A stretch of 25,067 nt of DNA from Actinomycetota bacterium (GCA_040005005.1 JBDTZT010000001.1:1-25067); one strand, 5' to 3'. Shown: positions 16,694-24,882, counted from the stretch's first letter. Notes: a model not told the origin generated them from the sequence alone. Numbers and translations: made by a program.

Positions 16694-19600
16694 TTAAAAG
16701 CTAAATCGCAACGCAAACTGCATAATGCGCGGGTCGCCTTGCAAAGTTGTGATGGTGCCGAAACCACCGCCGTTGATCGTTCGATTCGGAAGTCCGAAAT
16801 TGGCGTGATTAAGGACATTAAAAACTTCCCAGCGGAATTCAAGATTCGTGTTTTCGCGGCCCAGATTAAAACGACGATGAACGGCCATATCAAGCGAAGC
16901 GAATCCGGGTCCGCGCAGCGCATTGCGCGGCTGTAAACCAAAACGCGTCGTGCTGCCGGTTAATAGCGCAAATGCCGCCGTATTAAAAAAATTATCAACC
17001 GTTTGATTCGTCACATTCGGGTCGCCGACTAAATCGGCAAGTTCGGTTGAAAGCGAACCGAGTTTGAGAGGATCGCCCGACTGCGTCACGGTAAATGGTC
17101 TGCCCGAACGGACATTGAGACTTCCCGTCAAATCCCAACCGCCCAAAATTGCCCCGCTGATTCCGCTTTTGAAAAATTGTTTGCCATTGCCGAACGGTAA
17201 TTCCCAGATACCGTTGACGACAAACCGGTGCCGGACATCGAAATCCGAGGGTCCATACCAATTTGACAGATTGCGGGAGTTATCGGGCAGTGAATTCGAA
17301 CCGCCGCTCGTTAAATGCTCACCGGAATTATCTTTCGATTGCGACAAAGTATAAACGGCGCGCACGGTGTAGCCGTTGGAAAATCGTTTATCGAGCGTCG
17401 TTTCAAAACCGTCATAACGCGATACGCCGTTGTCTTCGCGGTATTCGATCAAACCGAATTGCGGAAACGGGCGCGTGTTCGGCTGGTTCGGGAGCGGCTG
17501 ATTCAAATCGCGCAGGGTATAAAGTTTCGTTCCTTTGGTATGCACGTAGTTGGCTTCGGCAAACCAGTCGTTGCCGAATTGATACTGGACGCCGATACTC
17601 ATCTGCTGAATATAAGGTGTTTGCGCGTCGGATTTACCGGCCCGAACCTGAATGTTGCGGATTTGAATATTGTTCGGACTAAGTAAATTAGCGGGAAGCC
17701 CGCCGCTTAAGGTAACGCCCGCAACGGCTGAACCGGCCGTGTCGGTGCGCGTATTGAAGTTAATGATATTCGGCGGATTAAGCGCGATCTGATCTTCCGA
17801 ACCAATGCGGTCAATCAAGTTGTAATAAATCCCGTAACCGCCGCGCACAACGAATTTATTAGTGACTGAATACGCAAAACCGAAGCGCGGCGCGAAATTA
17901 TTGCGGTCGGGTTTGATCAGCGAACGGCTTTCCAAACTTCCGTCGCTTGCCAATCTTAAGGATGCCAGAGCCTGTGCCTGGTTGGTCGCGGCGAGAGCGG
18001 CGACCGGATCGAAATTCGCCAGCCGATTTCCCGCCTCAAACGAAGGCGAGCCGAAATCGTAGCGCAGTCCGAGGTTAAGGGTTAATTTCGGAGTCACTTT
18101 CCAATCGTCCTGACCGAAATACGAATACATATAACGGCGTTGCCGGACGACACTTGAATTCGTCAGCAAAACATTGATCGGTGTTCCGGCGAGAAAATCG
18201 GCAAGTGCATTACCGGTTCCGCTTAAACCCAAATAACTCGTGTAAGCCGCGGCGAAGTCAAACCGTCCGCGCGTTCCGGGAACGTCAATGTAATCGAGTT
18301 TGAGCGGAGCCATAATATCGGGTCCGAAACGAACCGTATGGGCGCCGCGGATGACGGTCGTCGTGTTAGTGAATTGAAATTGTTTTGACTTTTGAAATTT
18401 CGGCAAAAAGTCGGCCGAACCGAGCCGCGGACTAAATCCCGAAATAACGATTGCCGGAATGCCGCCCTGACCGACATCGGGCAATCCGCGGATGAAGGTC
18501 GAACTGTTGCCTTCACCGAACGGCTCCTGGGTCGAAGTCGCGTTGGCATAGTTGTAACCAAAGCGGAATTGATTAAAGACATTGGCGGAGATCGTGTAAT
18601 TCCAACCCGTTACTAAAGCGTGCGTTTTAACGCTCGTCAGTCCCCATGCCGAAGTATCCGTCCCGTCCGCCACACCGCCGAAAAAACCGGGGACAAAGCG
18701 GTTGCGTTTGCCGTAAGCATAACGACCGAAAATGTCATTTTTTGAATTAATCTTATAATCGAGCCGCGTGGTCAGGCGGTCGCCGTCATCGGTTAAAGTC
18801 GGCGTGCGGGCAAAATTATTAGATGTTCCGCCGAGCGTCGGATTCGGAAATAGTGCCGCCAAACGGGCAGCAACCGGGTCAATATTGGAAATCAGATTAC
18901 CGCCGTAGGGCTGCGGAAAATATGGCAGATTTGTCAGTCCGGGAGCTTGATTCGGATTAAAATTCGGGTTCGGACACAGGTTGCGGCTGTTCGGATTGAA
19001 GATCTGTCCGCTGCGCACGACCTGCCCCGAAAGGGTTCCGTCGCAATTAAAAATCGGAATCTGATTACCGCTGACGGTAATAGGACTGCCGAGCCGGGCG
19101 GAAAAGTTGCCGGCTTTTTCCGTTGCCAGCGGGACGGTCGCAATTCGCAAAACGCCTTGTCTGATGCGGGTTCCCTCAAAGTCGGTGAAAAAGAACGCCC
19201 GGTTTTTCCAAATCGGACCGCCAAAATTGCCGCCGAATTGGTTCTGAACCCGTTGCGGACGTTTGCGTCCTAAACGATTCGAGAAAAAATCGTTCGCATC
19301 GAAAACCCGGTTTCGCAGGTATTCGTAAGCTAACCCGTGAAAATCGTTGGTTCCCGATTTGGTCGTCACGCTGACAACACCGCCGGCCGCGCGTCCCGTG
19401 TCGGCGGAAAATTGCGACGTGATGACCTTAAATTCGCCCAAAGAATCAATCGAAGGGCGCGAAACCTGCGTCGAAAATTCCTGCACGTTCGTCGAGATCG
19501 AATTATTGTCCTGTCCGTCGAGAATAAAATTATTGTAAAGCGAACGAATGCCGTGAATATTGACCGAGCCGGTTCGGCCCGAAGCGGTGCCGCCGGATTG

Positions 19601-20125
19601 TTCCGTATAGGGATCGCCCTGCGTTCCGGCAACCTGCGTCAGGAGGTCATCCCAGCTGCGCTGCGGTAGCGGGAGAGTCGTGACGCGGCGATTATCAACG
19701 ACATTGCCGAGACTTGCGTCTTCGCGCTGGAGCTGCGATTGTGTTTCCGAAGTAACCTCAACAACCGCACTGGCATCGCCGACGGAAAGCGTTAAATCAA
19801 GCCGCGCTTTTTGCCCGATGTTTAATTCATAGTCTTTCAGTGAACTGGTTTTGAAATTTGGTTGCGCCGCTTCGATCGTGTATCGGCTCGGTCGCAAGTT
19901 CGTAAAAGTGTAATAACCGTCGCTATTGGTGGTCGTTTCCGTCCTGATGCCGGTTGCCTGATTAGTCGCCGTGACCCGCGCTCCCGCAACGACCGCGCCT
20001 TGCGGGTCAGTTAAGAGTCCGGTCAGCGAAGCGGTGTCAATTTGCGTCCAACTTACCGTCGCACCGAACATCAATAAAATTAAAGCCCCGCAAATTCGGT
20101 GGATGAAAAACTTTCGATTGCACAT
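16694..20125 (-). CDS. TonB-dependent receptor with N-terminal carboxypeptidase-regulatory-like domain
   Basis: Signal peptide; SLTGLLTDPQGAVVAGARVTATN; YEYLRN..FDANDFF; QDDWKVTPKLTLNLGLRYD; ends PRIMQFALRFSF. GAGGAG RBS. Confidence 0.95.
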   Translation of the reverse strand: MCNRKFFIHRICGALILLMFGATVSWTQIDTASLTGLLTDPQGAVVAGARVTATNQATGIRTETTTNSDGYYTFTNLRPSRYTIEAAQPNFKTSSLKDYELNIGQKARLDLTLSVGDASAVVEVTSETQSQLQREDASLGNVVDNRRVTTLPLPQRSWDDLLTQVAGTQGDPYTEQSGGTASGRTGSVNIHGIRSLYNNFILDGQDNNSISTNVQEFSTQVSRPSIDSLGEFKVITSQFSADTGRAAGGVVSVTTKSGTNDFHGLAYEYLRNRVFDANDFFSNRLGRKRPQRVQNQFGGNFGGPIWKNRAFFFTDFEGTRIRQGVLRIATVPLATEKAGNFSARLGSPITVSGNQIPIFNCDGTLSGQVVRSGQIFNPNSRNLCPNPNFNPNQAPGLTNLPYFPQPYGGNLISNIDPVAARLAALFPNPTLGGTSNNFARTPTLTDDGDRLTTRLDYKINSKNDIFGRYAYGKRNRFVPGFFGGVADGTDTSAWGLTSVKTHALVTGWNYTISANVFNQFRFGYNYANATSTQEPFGEGNSSTFIRGLPDVGQGGIPAIVISGFSPRLGSADFLPKFQKSKQFQFTNTTTVIRGAHTVRFGPDIMAPLKLDYIDVPGTRGRFDFAAAYTSYLGLSGTGNALADFLAGTPINVLLTNSSVVRQRRYMYSYFGQDDWKVTPKLTLNLGLRYDFGSPSFEAGNRLANFDPVAALAATNQAQALASLRLASDGSLESRSLIKPDRNNFAPRFGFAYSVTNKFVVRGGYGIYYNLIDRIGSEDQIALNPPNIINFNTRTDTAGSAVAGVTLSGGLPANLLSPNNIQIRNIQVRAGKSDAQTPYIQQMSIGVQYQFGNDWFAEANYVHTKGTKLYTLRDLNQPLPNQPNTRPFPQFGLIEYREDNGVSRYDGFETTLDKRFSNGYTVRAVYTLSQSKDNSGEHLTSGGSNSLPDNSRNLSNWYGPSDFDVRHRFVVNGIWELPFGNGKQFFKSGISGAILGGWDLTGSLNVRSGRPFTVTQSGDPLKLGSLSTELADLVGDPNVTNQTVDNFFNTAAFALLTGSTTRFGLQPRNALRGPGFASLDMAVHRRFNLGRENTNLEFRWEVFNVLNHANFGLPNRTINGGGFGTITTLQGDPRIMQFALRFSF

Positions 20126-20380
20126 TTATTTAATCAACTCCTCTTCAAATAGATAAAATTTTCTCCATCAAAAACGGATTGTTATTCATTTCTTGAATCC
20201 AATTTTTTGACTCATTTTCCTGTGGTTTAGTCTGGAGAAGAGATAGTCTAACAACGGGTGTTTAATAAAATGTGTCGGTTATCTAATCAGTGAGTTAATT
20301 TTTTATGAAATTGAGGTAACGAATTTTACTAACTAAGAGGTTACTAAAATAATTGCCAACAAAATAAATTTTTCATAAAA

Positions 20381-20407
20381 GGTCTCCTCGTTTGGATCAG
20401 AGGAGCC
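20381..20407. other. Intergenic hairpin
   Basis: GG(T)CTCCTC...GAGGAGCC stem. On the minus strand it is followed by TTTT. Function unclear. Confidence 0.3.
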
Positions 20408-20434
20408 GAAAACCGGTTTGGTCGCAAAAGTATT

Positions 20435-20464
20435 TTGACTTAGATCGTAAATTTTGCAATAAAT
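20435..20464 (+). promoter_or_regulatory. Candidate sigma70 promoter for the ileS leader
   Basis: TTGACT at 20435-20440, with a poor TG-preceded -10-like AT-rich hexamer at about 20458-20464. This would start transcription near the leader ATG at 20471. Confidence 0.3.
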
Positions 20465-20470
20465 GAAGTG

Positions 20471-20524
20471 ATGAAAAATTTTAACATTATAATTGGCATT
20501 TTTATTTTGGATGACCACGGCTGA
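20471..20524 (+). CDS. Putative Ile-rich attenuator leader peptide MKNFNIIIGIFILDDHG
   Basis: Five Ile codons (ATT ATA ATT . ATT . ATT) within codons 6-12. It lies directly upstream of an antiterminator/terminator pair and of ileS. Confidence 0.65.
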   Translation: MKNFNIIIGIFILDDHG

Positions 20525-20565
20525 AGCTGGAAAGAAAATTTTTGCTTATGCCGCGCGTCCTGAAT
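20504..20565 (+). promoter_or_regulatory. Putative antiterminator hairpin
   Basis: 20504-20521 (AUUUUGGAUGACCACGGC) pairs imperfectly with 20550-20565 (GCCGCGCGUCCUGAAU). AAGC 20524-20527 pairs with GCUU 20544-20547. This sequesters the 5' arm of the terminator. Confidence 0.55.
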
Positions 20566-20591
20566 CGTCAGATTCGGGATTTTTTATTTTT
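20558..20591 (+). terminator. Intrinsic terminator in the ileS leader
   Basis: TCCTGAATC-GTCA-GATTCGGGA (9 bp, one G-U) followed by TTTTTTATTTTT. Confidence 0.8.
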
Positions 20592-20599
20592 AATCAGAA

Positions 20600-20665
20600 A
20601 CAAACAGGATTGATAGACAAGATATATTCAATCGCATCTTGGCAAATCCTGTCTATCTTGTTTGT
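20600..20665. repeat. REP-like imperfect palindrome built from ~9-nt ACA[GA]GAT units
   Basis: ACAAACAGGATTGATAG pairs with CTGTCTATCTTGTTTGT. In an alternative register GATAGACAAGAT pairs with ATCCTGTCTATC. Confidence 0.55.
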
Positions 20666-20704
20666 ATGACTTTTTTATCGTGATAACATTGAGTTTTTAA
20701 ATTT

Positions 20705-23587
20705 ATGAGTGAACCTTTAGAACTGAAAAAAACCGTTAATTTACCGAAAACCGATTTCGCGCAAAAAGCGAATCTCGGACAAGCAGAACCCGCGCGTTTG
20801 AAAAAATGGTCGGACGCGCGGCTATACGAAGCGATTCAAACGGCGCGTCAAACAGCAGAAAAATTCATTTTGCACGACGGTCCGCCGTATGCCAATGCCG
20901 ATATTCACATCGGCACGGCGCTCAATAAAATTTTAAAGGATTTTGTCGTCAAATCGCGCTCGATGATGGGTTTCGAGGCGCCATACATTCCGGGTTACGA
21001 TTGCCACGGGCTTCCGATCGAAACGCATGTCGAGAAAAAGTTGAAGGAAAAAGGCAAGAACAAAAACGATTTGCCGGTCGCGACCTTCCGCCGAATCTGC
21101 CGCGAACACGCTTCGACGGCGATGAATAATCAGACGCGCGATTTTTCGCGGCTCGGAATCTTGGGCGAATGGGAAAAGCCTTATCTCACGATGTCGAACG
21201 AATACGAATCGGAAACGGCGCGGCTTTTCGGGCGGTTTCTGGAACGCGGCTACGTTTATAAAGGTTTGCGTCCCGTCTATTGGTGTATTCACGACCAGAC
21301 GGCTTTGGCAGAAGCGGAAGTCGAATACAAACTCCACACTTCGCCTTCGATCTACGTAAAATTTCCGCTGGTGACCGATCCGGCGGAACTTGACGCTAAC
21401 TTAGCGGGCAAAAGAGTTTCGCTCGTGATCTGGACAACTACGCCGTGGACAATTCCGGCAAATCTGGGAATCGCGGTTCATCCTGATTTTGAATATGTCG
21501 CTTTTGAAAGTTGCGGTGAGATTTTGGTGGTCGCTGCTGAACTTGTCGGTTTGGTCGTCGTTAAATGCTGTCTCGGCGAAGCGAACGAAAACGGCGAACG
21601 CCAAATTCCGCCAGTTCTGGCAAGATTTAAAGGCTCAAAGCTCAACAATATGAAAGCGAAACATCCGTGGATTGACCGTGAATCGTTAATAATGAACGGC
21701 GAACACGTGACGATGGGCGGCGAAGCGGACGCGGAAACGGAAGTTGATGTTTCCGAAGCACGCGAGAAAAAAGAAACGGCTAAAGCCGGCACGGGACTCG
21801 TCCACACCGCGCCCGGTCACGGCCACGACGACTATGTGATCGGCAAGGAATACGGCTTGGAAATCTATTGTCCGGTTGATAGCGCGGGACGGTTTGCGGC
21901 TGAAGTCGAACATTTTGCGGGCGAAAATATTTTCACCGCGAATCCCAAAATCGTCGAATTTATGCGCGAAAACGGTTCTCTACTGTTTTCGGAAAACTAC
22001 GAGCATCGTTATCCGCATTGCTGGCGATGTAAAAACCCGGTGATTTTTCGCGCGACCCCGCAGTGGTTTATCTCGATGGACGAAGTGGGCGAAAAATCCT
22101 TGCGCGCGCAGGCTTTGCGCGAAGTTGAGAGCGTCAAATGGCATCCGGCCTGGGGGATGGGGCGAATGGCGAATATGATAAAGCAGCGTCCCGATTGGTG
22201 CGTTTCGCGGCAGCGTTCGTGGGGCGTGCCGATTCCCGTGTTTTATTGCCAGAAATGCAATGAGCCAATCGCCGACGCGAAGATCGTCAATCACGTCGCC
22301 GATATTTTTGCCAAAGAAACCGCCGACGCCTGGTATAACCGGCCGGAATCGGAACTACTGCCCGAAGGGTTTACTTGCCCGAAATGCAACAGTTCGGATT
22401 TCAGCAAGGAAACCGACATTCTCGATGTTTGGTTCGATTCGGGTTCGAGTTGTGTTGCCGTGCTCGAAACGCGTGAAAACTTACGTTTTCCGGCGGACGT
22501 TTATCTCGAAGGCGGCGACCAGTATCGCGGTTGGTTTAACTCAAGTCTGATGTGCGGAATCGCCGCGCACGACACCGCGCCGTATCGGCAGGTCATCACG
22601 CACGGCTGGGTCGTTGACGGAAACGGCAAAAAGCAGAGTAAAAATGATGGAAATGTGACCGCGCCGAAGGAAATCATCGACAAATCCGGCGCAGATGTTT
22701 TGCGCCTGTGGGCGGCGGCGGTTGATTACACCGAAGATATGCGCTGTTCCGATGAAATTCTGCAGCGCGTCACGGATGCCTATCGAAAATTTAGAAATAC
22801 TCTGCGGTACGCGCTCGGCAATCTTGACGGATTTAATCCCGAAACCGAAAGTGTCCCGCTTGCCGAGATGCTCGAGATTGACCGTTGGGCGTTGGCGAGC
22901 TTTAATGAGGCGGCGAAAAAAATCCTCGCCGGTTATGAAGCCTTTGATTTTCAAGCGGTTTATCAGACGATCTACAATCTTTGCACCGTTACACTTTCGG
23001 CGCGGTATTTTGACATCATCAAAGACCGTCTTTATATCTTTGCGCCAAAGTCGCCGGAACGTCGTTCGGCGCAAACCGCGCTCTTTGAGATGACCGACAA
23101 ATTGTGCCGTCTGCTCGCACCTGTTCTGGCATTTACAGCGGACGAAGCGTTTGAAAATTTGCCGGAGCAAAAACTCGCGTCGGTGCATCTCGCGGAATTT
23201 CCGAAGCTCACGGGCGCTGATAATTCAAAGCTTTTGAGCGATTGGGAGCGTATCTTCTCGATCCGCGATGATGTTTTGAAGGCACTCGAAGAAGCCCGCG
23301 AGCGCAAGGAGATCGGTTCGTCGCTCGAAGCGAAAGTCGTTTTGAAGACCGACGGCGAAACGGCGCGTTTTTTGATGCCGTATTACGAAGATCTGCGCTA
23401 TATCTTTATCGCGTCGCAGGTCGAAGTGCACGAAGAAGATTATTTCGGAGTGCACATCGAAAAAGCCGCCGGCGCGAAATGCGAACGCTGCTGGAATTAC
23501 TCGACAAGAGTCGGCGAATCGGAAAAATATCCGACCGTCTGCGAAAGATGCGTCGCGGCATTGGCGGAAATCGAAAACGCGTTATAA
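20705..23587 (+). CDS. ileS: Isoleucine--tRNA ligase (type 1)
   Basis: LHDGPPYAN, PGYDCHGLPIE, IWTTTPWTIPAN, GTGLVHTAPGHG, RPDWCVSRQRSWG, DVWFDSG, EGGDQYRGWF; C-terminal zinc finger CERCW...CERC. Confidence 0.98.
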   Translation: MSEPLELKKTVNLPKTDFAQKANLGQAEPARLKKWSDARLYEAIQTARQTAEKFILHDGPPYANADIHIGTALNKILKDFVVKSRSMMGFEAPYIPGYDCHGLPIETHVEKKLKEKGKNKNDLPVATFRRICREHASTAMNNQTRDFSRLGILGEWEKPYLTMSNEYESETARLFGRFLERGYVYKGLRPVYWCIHDQTALAEAEVEYKLHTSPSIYVKFPLVTDPAELDANLAGKRVSLVIWTTTPWTIPANLGIAVHPDFEYVAFESCGEILVVAAELVGLVVVKCCLGEANENGERQIPPVLARFKGSKLNNMKAKHPWIDRESLIMNGEHVTMGGEADAETEVDVSEAREKKETAKAGTGLVHTAPGHGHDDYVIGKEYGLEIYCPVDSAGRFAAEVEHFAGENIFTANPKIVEFMRENGSLLFSENYEHRYPHCWRCKNPVIFRATPQWFISMDEVGEKSLRAQALREVESVKWHPAWGMGRMANMIKQRPDWCVSRQRSWGVPIPVFYCQKCNEPIADAKIVNHVADIFAKETADAWYNRPESELLPEGFTCPKCNSSDFSKETDILDVWFDSGSSCVAVLETRENLRFPADVYLEGGDQYRGWFNSSLMCGIAAHDTAPYRQVITHGWVVDGNGKKQSKNDGNVTAPKEIIDKSGADVLRLWAAAVDYTEDMRCSDEILQRVTDAYRKFRNTLRYALGNLDGFNPETESVPLAEMLEIDRWALASFNEAAKKILAGYEAFDFQAVYQTIYNLCTVTLSARYFDIIKDRLYIFAPKSPERRSAQTALFEMTDKLCRLLAPVLAFTADEAFENLPEQKLASVHLAEFPKLTGADNSKLLSDWERIFSIRDDVLKALEEARERKEIGSSLEAKVVLKTDGETARFLMPYYEDLRYIFIASQVEVHEEDYFGVHIEKAAGAKCERCWNYSTRVGESEKYPTVCERCVAALAEIENAL

Positions 23588-23654
23588 TTTGAGTGCGATG
23601 TTAAAACTTGCTCCGATAAAGGAAATACCAAAATATAAATCAGGAGTTAATGAA

Positions 23655-24074
23655 ATGGGATTGGTTTATGCCGAAATTGATTTACTAAATGGCGGCGATG
23701 TTTATTTGCAGCGTCAGAAATTGCTGGATGAAAAAGATGTCAAACAAGTCCGCGTCAATGCACTGGTTGACAGCGGCGCGTATAATCTTTCGATCAACGA
23801 AACCATCCGGGCACAGCTCGATTTGCCTTTTATCCAAAAGCAATTTGCCACGCTGGCAGATGAAACTTTGATTGAAGTTGACGTCGTCGGACCGGTTGAA
23901 GTGCAGTTTGAAAATCGTTCAACAACCGTGAGGGCAATCGTGTTGCCCGGCGACGCGGAAATTCTGCTCGGCTCGATTCCGATGGAGGATATGGATGTTT
24001 TGATTGATCCGCGCGCACAGAAACTCGTCGTTAATCCGAAACATCCATACGTGGCAACCAAACATCTGAAATAA
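23655..24074 (+). CDS. Clan AA (retropepsin-like) aspartic protease, AF_0612-like
   Basis: Start MGLVYAEIDL follows an AGGAG RBS (23642-23646). Catalytic motif ALVDSGA; C-terminal ILLGSIPMEDMDVLIDP. Confidence 0.85.
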   Translation: MGLVYAEIDLLNGGDVYLQRQKLLDEKDVKQVRVNALVDSGAYNLSINETIRAQLDLPFIQKQFATLADETLIEVDVVGPVEVQFENRSTTVRAIVLPGDAEILLGSIPMEDMDVLIDPRAQKLVVNPKHPYVATKHLK

Positions 24075-24078
24075 AATT

Positions 24079-24591
24079 GTGAATAAAAAAGATATTTTCT
24101 GGAAATTGGGTTACTTAGCGGCGGCGGGCGCGGTTTTTATGATTGACCAGACGACGAAGGCGTGGGCGGTTCGCCGTCTGCGATTCGGCGATGTCAAAGA
24201 AATAATTCCGAACTTTTTGAATTTTGCCTACGCGCAAAACACGGGCGTCGCGTTTTCGATGTTTGACAGCCACGGCGACGCGGGACGCTGGGGATTATCA
24301 ATCGTCGCGTTTGTCGCGGCAACGCTGGTGTTGTATTTCTTCTGGCGAACACCGCGCACCGACGATCGGATCCTCGGCGCGTTGGCTTTGCTTCTCGCGG
24401 GAATTGTCGGCAACGTCATTTACCGCGCCCGGCTCGGTTTCGTCGTTGATTTTATTGACGTGCAATTCGGCAGCTGGCATTACCCGACTTTTAACGTCGC
24501 GGATACGGCAATTTGCATCGGCGCGGGTCTTTTGGTTTTAGATATGTTTTTCTCGCGGAAAGACAAAAAGCCGGACGAAGCGAAGGCTTAA
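24079..24591 (+). CDS. lspA: Lipoprotein signal peptidase II
   Basis: DQTTK, NTGVAFS, GNVIYR (normally GNxxDR), VVDFI, FNVADTAI; GTG start; position after ileS. Confidence 0.95.
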   Translation: MNKKDIFWKLGYLAAAGAVFMIDQTTKAWAVRRLRFGDVKEIIPNFLNFAYAQNTGVAFSMFDSHGDAGRWGLSIVAFVAATLVLYFFWRTPRTDDRILGALALLLAGIVGNVIYRARLGFVVDFIDVQFGSWHYPTFNVADTAICIGAGLLVLDMFFSRKDKKPDEAKA

Positions 24592-24682
24592 AATTTACAG
24601 GAATAAAACTGACGCACGGGAACGAAAACTTTTCTTCGCATTAAAATTTTTGGTAGTGAACTAAAAGTAATGCTGAAAGAGT

Positions 24683-24776
24683 TTTTCACCGCCGGGACAC
24701 CGAGAGAAGACGCAGAGTTTCGCTTGAGGATTCTCTCTGCGTCTCTCGGCGAGAACTCTGCGTCTCGGCGGTAAAA
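24683..24776. repeat. REP-like palindromic element of the GACGCAGAG/CTCTGCGTC type
   Basis: TTTTCACCGCCGGGAC...AGACGCAGAG is inverted against CTCTGCGTCTCT...CTCTGCGTCTCGGCGGTAAAA. The unit is duplicated in the right arm. Confidence 0.7.
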
Positions 24777-24882
24777 GCATTTCTTTTTGAGCATCACCAA
24801 ATTTTTGTTCGTCCGCTTTGTTTCTGTAATTAAGTTTGTATCTCAGCGAATTTCGACGGACGTGATAACCGGCATTTCTTAT

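Noticed and set aside
20333-20518. 61-aa minus-strand ORF in the divergent promoter region
   Set aside because: It is AT-rich, has no RBS or motif, and is antisense to the Ile-rich leader.
20511-20669. 52-aa plus-strand ORF (MTTAEAGKK...) as an alternative leader peptide
   Set aside because: It runs through the terminator and the repeat, so its geometry does not fit attenuation. It has no RBS.
20126-20704. T-box, cobalamin or TPP riboswitch in the intergenic region
   Set aside because: I could not find the T-box bulge (UGGNACC), the B12 box or the TPP core on either strand by eye. An Rfam scan would be decisive.
22541-23188. 215-aa minus-strand ORF
   Set aside because: It is a shadow ORF fully inside ileS.
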